Source: Candidatus Sumerlaeales bacterium
GTDB lineage: Bacteria; Sumerlaeota; Sumerlaeia; Sumerlaeales; Sumerlaeaceae
NCBI GenBank assembly: GCA_038243585.1
Contig: JBBSQY010000038.1
Coordinates: 1 to 32,862, forward strand
Length of the DNA stretch: 32,862 nt
Reading direction: 5' to 3'
Shown: positions 1 to 10,472 of the stretch, piece after piece
Layout: every line of letters begins with the position of its first letter
Numbering within the stretch: position 1 is the first letter of the stretch
Translations under genes and position numbers: made by a program
The notes under the pieces: model-generated
Databases searched by the model: none
Told to the model about the DNA's origin: nothing
What the model saw: only the letters and a program-made list of their open reading frames with translations

Positions 1-5
1 CGGCA

Positions 6-203
6 ATGCCGAAAATTAAAACAAACCGCGGCGCGGCTAAGCGTTTTTCGCTTACCGCCAACGGCAAGGTTAAATACAAGCAGGCCTTTAAAAGCCATAT
101 TTTAACCAAAAAGTCAACGAAGCGCAAACGTGCGTTGCGCGGGACCGGGTATGTATCTGATACTCAGGCCGCCCAGATTAAGAGACTGATCCCTTATAAA
201 TAG
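6..203 (+). CDS. rpmI: 50S ribosomal protein L35
   Basis: 65 aa, [14 protein letters not shown]...[12 protein letters not shown] signature; directly upstream of rplT. Confidence 0.98.
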   Translation: MPKIKTNRGAAKRFSLTANGKVKYKQAFKSHILTKKSTKRKRALRGTGYVSDTQAAQIKRLIPYK

Positions 204-309
204 GGGGCTGTAACACCGCATGATCTCATGGGATCATGCTTACCGGGTCTCTTTCGAACAGCGAGAGTACCCTTATCACCTAAAAGATATGTGACAGGAG
301 TGACACAGT
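204..309 (+). promoter_or_regulatory. Structured rpmI-rplT spacer, candidate ribosomal-protein leader
   Basis: Hairpin GCATGATC/GATCATGC (218-239), hairpin GGGTCTCTT/GAGAGTACCC (245-272), TCACCT (276-281) partly complementary to the SD region AGGAGTGA (296-303). Confidence 0.4.
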
Positions 310-693
310 ATGCCACGCGCTACTAATAACCCGGCGTCCCGTCGCCGGCGCAAAAAAGTTTTAAAGCTCGCCAAAGGCTATTACAGCGGCAGGCGTAAGC
401 TTTTTCAAAATGCCAATGAAACCGTAAAACGTGCTCTCGCCTATGCCTACCGGGATCGTAAGGTACGCAAACGGGAGTTCCGCAAACTTTGGATCGCCCG
501 CATCAACGCTGCGAGCCGCAATTCAGACATCACCTACAGCCGCTTCATGGCCGGGCTGCGCATCGCCGGCATCGAAGTCGATCGTAAGATCCTGTCTGAC
601 CTGGCCATTACTGACGCCGCTTCTTTCGGGAAGTACGTTGAAATCGCAAAAGGCGCTCTCGAGAATCAGAAAAGTGAAAAAGCATCCGCTTAA
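310..693 (+). CDS. rplT: 50S ribosomal protein L20
   Basis: AKGY..., [25 protein letters not shown] motif; SD AGGAG at 296-300. Confidence 0.98.
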   Translation: MPRATNNPASRRRRKKVLKLAKGYYSGRRKLFQNANETVKRALAYAYRDRKVRKREFRKLWIARINAASRNSDITYSRFMAGLRIAGIEVDRKILSDLAITDAASFGKYVEIAKGALENQKSEKASA

Positions 694-761
694 TAAAACG
701 CTGTGAAAGCTTTTTTCTATTTTCACTTCTTTTTATAGCTTCAGTAACTTATGCCGGGGAT

Positions 762-1775
762 GTGTCGTGGCTTGATAAAGTCACGACACCCCCGGCTATT
801 CTTTTTAATAGTACCCATAATCTAGAGCCACTGCTCACCAAAGATAATGGCAATGACAGTAAGCTGGTTTTATGGAAGAAGCATCGTTCGCAACTTCGCC
901 AGGATTGGCTGAAAATCCTCGGCCCGTTGCCTCAGGCTCCATCGGACGGATTTAAACTACGGACGGTTTCTGAAGAACACCTTTCCACTTTTTCGCGCAC
1001 TCTTGTTCGTTACGCCGCGGAGCCCGGGCGGTTTGTTAACGCTTATATCTTGCGTCCGGCGGGCGATATTCACACAGTGCGGCCGGGCGTTGTTGCATTT
1101 CATCCGACAAACAAAGAAAGCATAAAAGTTGTCGCCGGTACTGGCGGCAGGCCTGATCAGCATCTGGCCCTTCCCCTTGTGGAGCATGGCTTTGTTGTGA
1201 TCTGCCCGGAAAACTTTATTAACGAAAAAACCACCTGGAACGAAGCCGTTGCTGCAGCCCGTATACGGCATCCAGACAGTACAGGCATGGCGACCATGCT
1301 TGCCGATGGAATGCGATCTGTTGATGTTTTGTCCACTTTTCCGGGCGTCGATCCCACTAGAATTGGCGCGATTGGCCATTCTCTTGGAGCTAAGCAGGTA
1401 CTCTATCTTATGGCGTTTGACGCCAGAGTCGCGGCAGGAGTATTTAGCGAGGGTGGTATCGGCCTCAACTTTTCAAACTGGGATGCCAACTGGTATTTAG
1501 GACCACAAACGAAAAGCGTCAAATTCAAACATGACCATCACGAACTTCTGGGATTGATTGCTCCACGTCCCCTGCTCATATTTGGCGGTGAAACCGGACG
1601 TGCCGCCGACGGTGACCGCACCTGGCCCTATATCACCGCTGCAAATCATGTTTACCAGCTGTACGGGGAACCGACTCGTCTGGGGTTCATCAATCATCAC
1701 GAGGGCCATACCTTTCCGCCTCCAATGGCGGATAAAGCGATAGAATGGCTTGATACGTATTTGCATTCCAATTAG
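762..1775 (+). CDS. Alpha/beta-fold serine hydrolase (dienelactone hydrolase-like)
   Basis: Nucleophile elbow GHSLG after VDPTRIGAIG, LIAPRPLL motif, C-terminal His (GHTFP); GTG start. Confidence 0.85.
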   Translation: MSWLDKVTTPPAILFNSTHNLEPLLTKDNGNDSKLVLWKKHRSQLRQDWLKILGPLPQAPSDGFKLRTVSEEHLSTFSRTLVRYAAEPGRFVNAYILRPAGDIHTVRPGVVAFHPTNKESIKVVAGTGGRPDQHLALPLVEHGFVVICPENFINEKTTWNEAVAAARIRHPDSTGMATMLADGMRSVDVLSTFPGVDPTRIGAIGHSLGAKQVLYLMAFDARVAAGVFSEGGIGLNFSNWDANWYLGPQTKSVKFKHDHHELLGLIAPRPLLIFGGETGRAADGDRTWPYITAANHVYQLYGEPTRLGFINHHEGHTFPPPMADKAIEWLDTYLHSN

Positions 1776-4700
1776 TGTATTTCCAACTCGCTCTGTTGAG
1801 CAGACCCGTGCTGTTTCGCCATCAGTATGTAGAGTGATGGTACTACAAACAGGGTAAAAATTGTGCCAATGGTCATTCCTCCGACAAGCACCAGCCCGAT
1901 GGAGTTTCGGGCTTCGGCTCCCGGGCCGTCTACCAAAGTCAGGGGGAAGTGGCCGGCTATAGTGGCTACGGACGTCATAAGGACCGGGCGCAGGCGGGTC
2001 ATGGACGCTTCGCGGATGGCGGCCATTTTATTGTAGCCTTCCTCTTGCAACTTGTTGGCAAACTCCACGATGAGTATGCCGTTTTTGGCGATGAGACCCA
2101 CCAGAGTCACGAGGCCGACCTGCGCGTAGATGTTCATGGTAGTAGTCCAGTTATCGGTCCAGTATGGCTGGTCGGGATTCGGCATTTTTAGAAATGTGAA
2201 GAGAAGCGCGCCGAACATCGCGAGGGGCACGGATCCCATGAGAATAACAAACGGATCGCGAAAGGAATTGAACTGGACGGCAAGGACAAGAAAAATCAGT
2301 ACTATGGCCAGCCCCAAAGCGGGAAGAAACTTGCCGCCTTCGGTACGGAGTTGGCGAGATTCTCCGGTATAGTTAATGATATAGTCTGGCGGCAGAATCT
2401 CTGCCGCAGCATCTTCCAGCACTTTAAGACCTTTGTCCAATTGTGCGGTCATTCCGGAAAGCTTGACAGCGTTCAGCTGCTGAAAGCGATTGAGCGACCT
2501 GGGCACTACGGTGTCATTAATGGTAGCTATTGTGCTGAGGGAAACAAGCTGGTTATCCGGGCCGGTAACATATAAATCCTTTAATTGATCCGGGTTCAGG
2601 CGCTCGGAGCGTTCAAGCTGAGGGATGACCTTGTAAGCGCGGCCGTCGATGTTGAACCGGTTTACGTAATTTCCCCCTATTGCAGCTCCCAGGTCGGCTC
2701 CGACCTGGGCGTTGTTCAGGCCAAGGATGGCGACTTTCTGCGGATCGACCACTATCTGGGACTGGGGTTGATCGTACTTCAAATCGATCTCTGGCGGAAA
2801 GTAAAAGATGCCGCTTTCCATGGCTTTATCCTGCAATTTTTTTGCATACTCCAGCATGCGTTCTGGTTCAGCGGTGGAGGCAATAATAAATTCCACAGGG
2901 AAATTGCTGCCGCCGGGCAGAGCAGATGGCTGGCTTACAAATATCTGAAGACCGGGTATGGCGGACATTTTTGTTTGAACTTCGGGAACGATCTCCCGTA
3001 TGGAGCGAGAACGCTGATCCCAGGGCTTTACTGCCATCCCGCTGAATCCACCGATGCCCGAGGCGGCGGAGAATGGATCTGACGGCGACATTAAAATCTG
3101 GAACGTGGACTGCATTTCGCGAGTATCGAGAAACACCTTTTCAGCGGCACGCCCAAAGTGGCTCTTTTGGTCGGCAGACGCATTACCTGCATTGTTAATG
3201 ATGCCGAACATGAATCCCTGGTCTTCCACGGGCGCGAGTTCCTTGGCGGAAAACATATACATTGGAATCGTTGCGAGGCTCAGGATGATCCAGACGGCAT
3301 AGACCGCAGATCGACCGCGAATTGTTCGATCAAGAACTACGCCGTAGCCTCTGCGGAGCTTATCGAACAAATGATTTACGAACCCGGGAAAGCCCTGACC
3401 TTCTTTGTCTGCGCTACGGAGTAGCCGGGAGGCCATCATTGGCGAAAGGGTAAGTGCCACGATCCCAGAAATAGTGACAGCGCCGGCCAGAGTTAGAGCG
3501 AACTCTCTAAACAACGCACCGGTGAGACCTCCCTGCAGGCCAATCGGGGTGTAAACAGCGGCAAGAGTGATGGTCATTGCGATGACGGGACCGATGAGTT
3601 CGCGCGCACCGATTAACGCAGCTTCCATGCGTGATTTACCCTCGCGGATATGGCGTTCTACATTTTCCACCACGACAATGGCGTCGTCTACAACAAGACC
3701 CACTGACAAGACTATAGCAAGCAGCGTTAGCAGGTTGATGGTGAAGCCGAATACCTGCATGAGAAATATGCCGCCAATCAGAGAAACCGGTATTGCAAGT
3801 ACCGGCACCAGCACGGAGCGGATGGACCCAAGAAAAAGGAAGATAACGATGATGACTATCAGCAGGGTTTCAATAAGGGTGTGAACGACTTCGCTGATGG
3901 CGTCGCTGATATACTCGGATGCATCGTAAGCGACGCTGGCTTTCAATCCAGCCGGCAGTTCTTTGTTTATCGCCGCCAGTTCTTCTGTCACACGCCCTAC
4001 TACGTCAATGGTGTTGGAGTTGGGCAATGGGAAAATGCCGATAAATACGGCAGTCTGGCCGGAAAATCGAACTTCGGTATCGTAGTCTTCTGCGCCAAGC
4101 TCGACGTTGGCAATGTCCTGAAGGCGCACGATTGTATCGTCTTCCTCCCGGATAACCAGTTGCTTGAACTGCTCGGCGGTGTGTAGGTCAGTGTTTGCGG
4201 TGAGATTCACCTGCACATATTTTCCCTTAGTGCTTCCGACAGCGGCGAGGAAATTGTTAGTTGCAAGAGCGGCGCGGACTTCTGACGGGCTAACGCCTAA
4301 TGCAGCCATCTTATCGGGTTTCAACCATACGCGCATGGCGAACGTGCGGGCGCCAAGAATCTCCGCGCGCTGCACGCCGGTCAAGGCGGCCAGGCGGGGC
4401 TGAACCACGCGAACCAAATAATCGGTTATTTCACTTTGAGAAAGTTCGTCCGATGCAAAACCCAGATACGCGGACGCAAATTCGGAATCGGCGGACTGCA
4501 CGCTGATGGAGGGAACTTCAGACTCGGCGGGCAGCTCGTTACGTACCTGGTTGACTTTCGCGGTGATGTCCGACAACGCCTTTGTGGGCTCGTAATTAAT
4601 TTTCAGGCGAGCGGTGACCACGGACAGGCCTTGAAGACTCTTTGACTCGACGTATTCGATGCCGTCGGCGGACGCGATGGCTCTCTCAATGGCTGTCGTG

Positions 4701-4891
4701 ATGAATCCACGTACTACATCCGCACTGGCTCCCACGTATATGGTGGAGACCGTGACAGAGGAATTCTCGCTTTGCGGATACTGCCGAACGCTCAGGGATT
4801 TCCACGCCTGTAATCCCGCAAGGATGATTATCACATTGACCACAATGGCCAGCACCGGACGGCGAATGAATATGTCTGTAAACTTCATCAT
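1772..4891 (-). CDS. RND efflux transporter permease (AcrB superfamily, MexW/MexI-like)
   Basis: 1039 aa; FIRRPVLA N-terminus, GLVVDDAIVVVEN, KNGILIVEFAN and RLRPVLMT motifs. Confidence 0.95.
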   Translation of the reverse strand: MMKFTDIFIRRPVLAIVVNVIIILAGLQAWKSLSVRQYPQSENSSVTVSTIYVGASADVVRGFITTAIERAIASADGIEYVESKSLQGLSVVTARLKINYEPTKALSDITAKVNQVRNELPAESEVPSISVQSADSEFASAYLGFASDELSQSEITDYLVRVVQPRLAALTGVQRAEILGARTFAMRVWLKPDKMAALGVSPSEVRAALATNNFLAAVGSTKGKYVQVNLTANTDLHTAEQFKQLVIREEDDTIVRLQDIANVELGAEDYDTEVRFSGQTAVFIGIFPLPNSNTIDVVGRVTEELAAINKELPAGLKASVAYDASEYISDAISEVVHTLIETLLIVIIVIFLFLGSIRSVLVPVLAIPVSLIGGIFLMQVFGFTINLLTLLAIVLSVGLVVDDAIVVVENVERHIREGKSRMEAALIGARELIGPVIAMTITLAAVYTPIGLQGGLTGALFREFALTLAGAVTISGIVALTLSPMMASRLLRSADKEGQGFPGFVNHLFDKLRRGYGVVLDRTIRGRSAVYAVWIILSLATIPMYMFSAKELAPVEDQGFMFGIINNAGNASADQKSHFGRAAEKVFLDTREMQSTFQILMSPSDPFSAASGIGGFSGMAVKPWDQRSRSIREIVPEVQTKMSAIPGLQIFVSQPSALPGGSNFPVEFIIASTAEPERMLEYAKKLQDKAMESGIFYFPPEIDLKYDQPQSQIVVDPQKVAILGLNNAQVGADLGAAIGGNYVNRFNIDGRAYKVIPQLERSERLNPDQLKDLYVTGPDNQLVSLSTIATINDTVVPRSLNRFQQLNAVKLSGMTAQLDKGLKVLEDAAAEILPPDYIINYTGESRQLRTEGGKFLPALGLAIVLIFLVLAVQFNSFRDPFVILMGSVPLAMFGALLFTFLKMPNPDQPYWTDNWTTTMNIYAQVGLVTLVGLIAKNGILIVEFANKLQEEGYNKMAAIREASMTRLRPVLMTSVATIAGHFPLTLVDGPGAEARNSIGLVLVGGMTIGTIFTLFVVPSLYILMAKQHGSAQQSELEIH

Positions 4892-4930
4892 CGGGGACTG
4901 GCTTGAGGGCTAAAAGGATGACTCAATTGA

Positions 4931-6073
4931 TCACGTGTTTTCAGGATCAGGCTGAAGGCTAAACTTGGGCGCGAGCTTGTTATCAATAAGTACCGAAGTC
5001 GCTGGTCGGAGTTTGAAAACCCCCGTCGATACAATTATTTGGCCGGATTTTAGACCTTCGGTTACCACGACAAAATCGCCATGCCTCGCGCCCAGCCGGA
5101 CTATCTGCTGGCGCAAGACCAGAGACGTGGTTGTAGGGTCGGAAGCTTTTTCATCTTTCTCTATGACAAATACGGAATCGCCAAAGGCAGCGTGCTGGAC
5201 GGCGGTTTCTGGAATAAACAACACTGTTTCGGATCGGGACGTGATGATATCGACCGCGGCGAACATGCCCGGTCGCAGTCTTTTATCGGCGTTATTCAGC
5301 GTCGCCTGCACGCGAACATTCCTGGTTGATGGATCGATGTCGGGATTAACTGCCGTAATTGTGCCCCTGAAGGTTTGATCTGGATAGGCGTCGGTTGTCA
5401 CTTCAATCTGTAGGCCTTCCGCGACATCGCTCAACCCCTGTTGGGGAAGGGAAAAATCCACATACACGGTATCAAGGGCCTGCAGGGAAACCACTTCCCT
5501 TCCAGTTTGCAGAAACTGGCCTACGCTGAAAGATCGAATACCCAGTTTGCCGGCAAATGGTGCACGCACGGTTTTTTTGGCGATGAGGGCTTTAATGTTG
5601 TCGACCCGGGCCAGTGCCTGCCTAAGGTCTGCGGCGGCAGTGTCGAATTCGGCCTTAGCAATGCTGCGGCTTTCGATCAGTTGCTTGGCGCGTCCAAATG
5701 ATACCTTAGTCAAATCCGCTGCGGCGACGGCTTCTCCAAGCTGCGCTTTTTCAATATCAACATCAAGCTGAGCAAGCTGAGCGCCAGTTGTAACTTCTGA
5801 CCCGGCCTCGAAGTTAATCTCCCGAACGATTCCGGAGGCTTCAGTGCTTACCATAGTGCCGCGAACCGCTGCGACGGATCCGACAGAGGAAATGCGGGGT
5901 TGCCATTGGTCTTCGCGAATTGTAAAGCTGTTCACAATTTCCGGCGGCACAACCATTTGCTCGGCCGCTTCGCCCATCGCCTGAAACTGGGAATATTTCA
6001 GCCAGGCAAGGCCGGCAATTATAGGGACGACTATGAGAAGTCCCAGAATACCCCAAAGAAGATTTTTCAGCAT
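4931..6073 (-). CDS. RND efflux periplasmic adaptor (membrane fusion protein)
   Basis: N-terminal TM anchor; VRAPFAGKLG, IDPSTRNVRVQA and LRPGMF motifs; upstream of the permease. Confidence 0.93.
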   Translation of the reverse strand: MLKNLLWGILGLLIVVPIIAGLAWLKYSQFQAMGEAAEQMVVPPEIVNSFTIREDQWQPRISSVGSVAAVRGTMVSTEASGIVREINFEAGSEVTTGAQLAQLDVDIEKAQLGEAVAAADLTKVSFGRAKQLIESRSIAKAEFDTAAADLRQALARVDNIKALIAKKTVRAPFAGKLGIRSFSVGQFLQTGREVVSLQALDTVYVDFSLPQQGLSDVAEGLQIEVTTDAYPDQTFRGTITAVNPDIDPSTRNVRVQATLNNADKRLRPGMFAAVDIITSRSETVLFIPETAVQHAAFGDSVFVIEKDEKASDPTTTSLVLRQQIVRLGARHGDFVVVTEGLKSGQIIVSTGVFKLRPATSVLIDNKLAPKFSLQPDPENT

Positions 6074-6217
6074 GTGTTTTGTGTTTCCTTATTGCGCGGG
6101 CGTTCTGTTATTTCCTAATGTATTTGGCAATATCAGCTTTGGTTGCGCTACCTGATTTTATAACGATTAAGGCAGCGGATTCCGGACAAGAGCAGTTAAA
6201 GATTTTATGGGTGCTTC

Positions 6218-6243
6218 GGACGGCTCGGCGAGCCATCCCTACC
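6218..6243 (-). repeat. GTAG-type REP-like palindrome (single copy, second family)
   Basis: Minus strand GGTAGGGATGGCTCGCCGAGCCGTCC: GTAG followed by stem GGATGGCTC/GAGCCGTCC; its TAG is the stop of the 6239-8185 gene. Confidence 0.65.
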
Positions 6244-8185
6244 TATAAAGGTCTCCTACTGCTGCCAAGACGTCGGGGAAATGGGAATCTTGCCATTTGG
6301 CGTGGAGGGGATGTTTTGAGAGCTTTGCTTTTGAAAGGGCAGGGCTTGGGATGCCGCATAGGAAGCGGGCCACCTGGCGAGGGTGTGCCAGGGCGTTGGG
6401 ATGATCGTCCTGAAGCTGGCGCAGAGCTTCGTGGTCGGAGCCGGTTATCACTGGCGGCGGTGTATTTTCCGCGGGTACTGTGACGGGGCGGCCGGTCATG
6501 CATTGTGCACAGTTGCCGCATGGCTCCGCGCGGTGTTCACCGAAATATGCGGCGAGGGCGTTGGAGTGGCAGCCTTCATGTTTAACAAATTCCATAAGTC
6601 TGCCGATGCGCTGGATTTCGGCCTCTTCGCGATGTATGAATCGCCGCACCAGTTCATCCGCCAGCTCCTGTGCTGGTGGACTATTTTCCTGGCGCGTAAA
6701 TCGGCTACGCACTTCGGACGCCTCGAGCACGATGTCGCCTTGGTCATTGAGAAAATCCAGGGCGGTAATGATTCGCTGGCGCGGTTGACCCATGGATTGG
6801 GCTGCCGCTTCAGGGTTGATATGGGTCCACTTTGCAGCAGCCCGCCCCTGTGCGAATATGGCGCGGATGAACTCGCCGCGCTCGCCGGGAAATTTGGCGA
6901 TGATTTCCTGTGCGGGACGCTTCAATGTGTACTTGTATCCGGCGTAAAACGGCGCGCCCTCGCGGATGGCGCCCAGCAGTTCCAGATATGTAAGGGCGGT
7001 TTTGAGCACAAGCTGGCGGATATCGTGTTGATCGGAAAGATGGTACATGCTCAGATCAAAAGTGTCGCCGCGCGATAAGAGATCGGTCACCAGTTCGCGC
7101 AGGCTGCTCTCCAGCGGGGTGTCTCCGTATACGAAATTTTCCAGGGTTGGGACGTCGGAGGCGCAGGCGAACATTTCGACGATGGACTCGGCGCCGTCAC
7201 GGCCGGCGCGGCCGATTTCCTGACTGTAATTCTCAATGCTCTTGGCAAGATTGTAGTGATAAACATATCGGACGTTCGCTTTGTCGATGCCCATCCCGAA
7301 GGCGATGGTGGCAACGACGATGCCGGAGTCCGAAGCCATCCAGCGCTCCTGCACGGCATTGCGTTCCTCGGTCTTCATGCCAGCGTGATAGGCGTCGGCG
7401 GCGAAGCCTTGGGCGCGCAGCATTGCAGCCACTATATTTGCGGTTTTTTGGAGGGTTACATATACGATGGTAGGGCCGGCAGGGCGAGCTCGCAGGCGCT
7501 TTACCAGCAAGGAATCACGGTCAGCGGAGCGGGTTCCGGTGATGGCCAGCTTCAGGTTAGCCCTGTAAAAGCCGGTGACGATTGATGCCTCTTTCGAGAT
7601 ATCGAACCTTTTGCAGATATCTTCAACGACTTCGGGCGTGGCGGTCGCCGTGAGGGTCAGGATGCGCTCCGCCTTCAGGCCGCGGGCTGTATCCGTGAGC
7701 TTTAAATAATCCGGGCGAAAGTTGTGGCCCCATTCCGAAATACAATGGGCTTCGTCTATGGCGAAAAGGGAAATCTTCTGCTGCCCGATCATCTCCAGGA
7801 AACGCTCATTCTTGAAGCGTTCTGGCGCAACATAAAGAATCTTTAAGGTTCCCGCACGGATTTTATCCTGAATCTCGCACACCTCTTCGAATGTCAAAGA
7901 AGAATCGAGCCGGGCCGCCTCAATGCCGCGCTTGCGAAGGAAATCAATCTGGTCTTTCATGAGCGCAATGAGCGGAGAGACCACGAGGGTCAGGCCGTCG
8001 TAGGTGAGGGCCGGCAGCTGAAAGCAGAGGGATTTTCCGGCACCGGTGGGAAAAACGGCGAGGGCACGGCCGTGGGTTTCAAGAGCAAGGAGCAAGCGTT
8101 CCTGGCCGGGGCGGAATTCTGTAAAGCCAAAGTGGCGGGTGAGGAGCTGAGTCCAGTCGGTGTTCTTCGTGTCGGTGGTTTCCAT
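6239..8185 (-). CDS. RecQ-family ATP-dependent DNA helicase (no evident HRDC; alternative C-terminus)
   Basis: PTGAGKSLCFQ, DEAHCISEWGHNFRPDY, ATIAFGMGIDK, QEIGRAGRDG, CGNCAQC Zn motif. Confidence 0.93.
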   Translation of the reverse strand: METTDTKNTDWTQLLTRHFGFTEFRPGQERLLLALETHGRALAVFPTGAGKSLCFQLPALTYDGLTLVVSPLIALMKDQIDFLRKRGIEAARLDSSLTFEEVCEIQDKIRAGTLKILYVAPERFKNERFLEMIGQQKISLFAIDEAHCISEWGHNFRPDYLKLTDTARGLKAERILTLTATATPEVVEDICKRFDISKEASIVTGFYRANLKLAITGTRSADRDSLLVKRLRARPAGPTIVYVTLQKTANIVAAMLRAQGFAADAYHAGMKTEERNAVQERWMASDSGIVVATIAFGMGIDKANVRYVYHYNLAKSIENYSQEIGRAGRDGAESIVEMFACASDVPTLENFVYGDTPLESSLRELVTDLLSRGDTFDLSMYHLSDQHDIRQLVLKTALTYLELLGAIREGAPFYAGYKYTLKRPAQEIIAKFPGERGEFIRAIFAQGRAAAKWTHINPEAAAQSMGQPRQRIITALDFLNDQGDIVLEASEVRSRFTRQENSPPAQELADELVRRFIHREEAEIQRIGRLMEFVKHEGCHSNALAAYFGEHRAEPCGNCAQCMTGRPVTVPAENTPPPVITGSDHEALRQLQDDHPNALAHPRQVARFLCGIPSPALSKAKLSKHPLHAKWQDSHFPDVLAAVGDLYR

Positions 8186-8647
8186 GGCAGATTACAGGCA
8201 GGTATGGGCTAGCGAAGCGCAACGACAATCTACGTCGACTCCGTAGAAGAAAATGCACAACGGAAATCTCCAGGGAGTGTAGGACACAAAGACCCGTAAA
8301 AAGAAGGAAAATATGACGATTTTGACGCTTTAGTTTTTATGGCGGATTCCTTTATGGGAGGCGGCTGAGCGGGGGTTTCTAATGGCGCGGGGTTTTTGGG
8401 CGCTTGGCCCCGTGGGTGCTGGCTAAGCGGCGTATTTGCGCGTTTTTGACTGTTTTTTTATAATTAGCATTTGGTCAACGAAATCGCGATAGCCGGCTGT
8501 AATCATTTTTGGTCGTCTCCTTATAGTTATTTTCCATTCGAATGGACTTTTAGCCCGGTATAATGACGCTGGATATTCCCGCATGGGACCTTAACTGATG
8601 CAGTGCAGATTTTAACGAAGTTGTCCTTTTTGGAATTAGCGATTTAA

Positions 8648-9742
8648 TTGTGGCTAATGGCGTCGCATTCCGACCAATCAAAACCCATGAATTCAACAGC
8701 GCCGAGAAGACCGTTTAAAAAACATCTGGAGATCGGCGTCCGATTTCTGGTCGGTATCACGCTTCTGATGTTTTTGTTTTCCCGTCACGCAGACCTGCGA
8801 CAGGTATGGCAGCTCATTGCGCAATCAGACGGGTCGATCCTGTTTTTCGCGGTCTTCCTGGCGATCAGCGGTGAAGTTATTACGGCCTGGAAATGGCGGA
8901 GACTGGTCAGTCATATTGGCGGAAATCTCCCGTTACTCCATGCCGTACGCGCGGCGTTTATAGGAATGTTTTATAACAACTTTTTTCCTGGAGCTGTTGG
9001 TGGAGACATTGTCCGGGTTTTGCTGATTGCGCGGGAGGCGGGCGGAAAAGCCAGGGCCACCGCCAGCGCTTTCATGCAGAGGAACACTGGGTTGGCCGGG
9101 CTGTTTATTATTGGTGTTGTCTCAGCTTTTTTATGGCCGCGGCAGTTGGAATGGCCCGGGGATTATAAATTTTCAGCGAGGAACATGTGGCTGACGGATT
9201 GTCGGCTTTGGCTGCTTGGGGCGTTGGCGGGCTATGGGGCAGTAAATCTTATTATTTTTAGCCAGGTTGTTTACGGCCGGGCCTGGAAATTAATAAAGTT
9301 TGAAGAGACTCATCCGAACCGGTCCCGCCTGCACGGGGCTTTCCGGATGGCCCTGCAGAAGGTTCAGCGCTTTCATACGGAACTGCATGGTTATCGGTTC
9401 TGGCTTCCGCTGCCTCTCGTAATCTCTGCGGTCACTCAGCTTATTGATGTTTATCTTGTCTACAATCTGGGTATGGCGCTGGGACTCGCAATTCCATTTT
9501 CTATACTGCTTGTGACGGTGCCGATGGTGAGCCTGGCGAACCTGGCGCCGGTGACAATTAATGGGATTGGACTGCGGGAGACAATGTATGTGGCGCTCCT
9601 CTATTCGGCTGGGGTATCAGCCAGCGAGGCTGTCGCGTTGTCGCTTCTTCACTTCTCGGTCATTACGGTGCTGGCGGTTGCTGGAGGATTTTTGCACGCT
9701 TTCGGGGGGCGTATGGGGTTGGTAACACGAGGATTGGAATAG
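8648..9742 (+). CDS. Lysylphosphatidylglycerol-synthase TM domain / UPF0104 flippase-like membrane protein (start may be ATG 8657 or 8687)
   Basis: Multi-TM; FYNNFFPGAVGGDIVR and APVTINGIGLRE family motifs. Confidence 0.85.
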   Translation: MWLMASHSDQSKPMNSTAPRRPFKKHLEIGVRFLVGITLLMFLFSRHADLRQVWQLIAQSDGSILFFAVFLAISGEVITAWKWRRLVSHIGGNLPLLHAVRAAFIGMFYNNFFPGAVGGDIVRVLLIAREAGGKARATASAFMQRNTGLAGLFIIGVVSAFLWPRQLEWPGDYKFSARNMWLTDCRLWLLGALAGYGAVNLIIFSQVVYGRAWKLIKFEETHPNRSRLHGAFRMALQKVQRFHTELHGYRFWLPLPLVISAVTQLIDVYLVYNLGMALGLAIPFSILLVTVPMVSLANLAPVTINGIGLRETMYVALLYSAGVSASEAVALSLLHFSVITVLAVAGGFLHAFGGRMGLVTRGLE

Positions 9743-9764
9743 ATTAGCGTGTTTGGCGGGCGGC

Positions 9765-9793
9765 TTACACAGGCTGGACGCCTATGCTACTTC
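9765..9793 (-). repeat. GTAG-type REP-like element, copy 1
   Basis: TTACACAGGCTGGACGCCTATGCTACTTC; near-identical copies at 17327, 17394 and 24811; lies between convergent genes. Confidence 0.85.
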
Positions 9794-9797
9794 TACG

Positions 9798-10472
9798 TTA
9801 CTTCCTCAGGCGGGCGGGGCCGCTAACGCAGGGGTTTCCCCTGAGGTAAAACCGCCACGGTTTATCTATGTAGTCTTTGGCATAATCGATATTGATGCGG
9901 GGCGATGTGCCGACTTCTTCTCCGTCTGCCAGACCTCCCGGCAACAGAAAAACCCTGTCATGCAACAGGTCTACCCCATAATGGGCCTTGTTAAGCGCGA
10001 GGGCTCGACACAGCTTACCGGGGCCGCGGCATAGGGTATTTGCGGGCGCGTCTTGCGCGTTCAGGCGCAAACGCATGGTGTCTATGCCTGTTACGGGTTC
10101 GAGGGCGCGAATCAAGCAGGCCTGTGGTTGATCTATCGGGCCGCACACGGCGTTGATGCACCAATACATACCGTAGATCAAATAGATGTAAGCGTGGCCT
10201 TTGGGGCCGTACATTGCTTCATTGCGGGGGGTACGCCGCCCACCGCTGGTGTGGGCACCCAGATCAGCGGGGCCACAGTAGGCTTCCACCTCGACGATGC
10301 GCCCACCAGTGATAATGCCATCGTGCTGAGAAAACATGAACTGACCTATCAAGTCTGCGCCAACTTCCAGTGTCGGCCTGTGAAAGAAACCCCGTGGAAG
10401 GCGATCGTCGAAATTTTCGGGAGGTAACGGTGGTGCCCATACCCGGCGTCCAATTCTTGCACTCGTCGTCAC
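9798..10472 (-). CDS. mpg: DNA-3-methyladenine glycosylase (MPG/AAG family)
   Basis: GRIVEVEAY, GHAYIYLIYGMY, LIRALEP, GPGKLC and PWRFY motifs; GTG start overlaps the upstream TGA. Confidence 0.93.
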   Translation of the reverse strand: MTTSARIGRRVWAPPLPPENFDDRLPRGFFHRPTLEVGADLIGQFMFSQHDGIITGGRIVEVEAYCGPADLGAHTSGGRRTPRNEAMYGPKGHAYIYLIYGMYWCINAVCGPIDQPQACLIRALEPVTGIDTMRLRLNAQDAPANTLCRGPGKLCRALALNKAHYGVDLLHDRVFLLPGGLADGEEVGTSPRINIDYAKDYIDKPWRFYLRGNPCVSGPARLRK

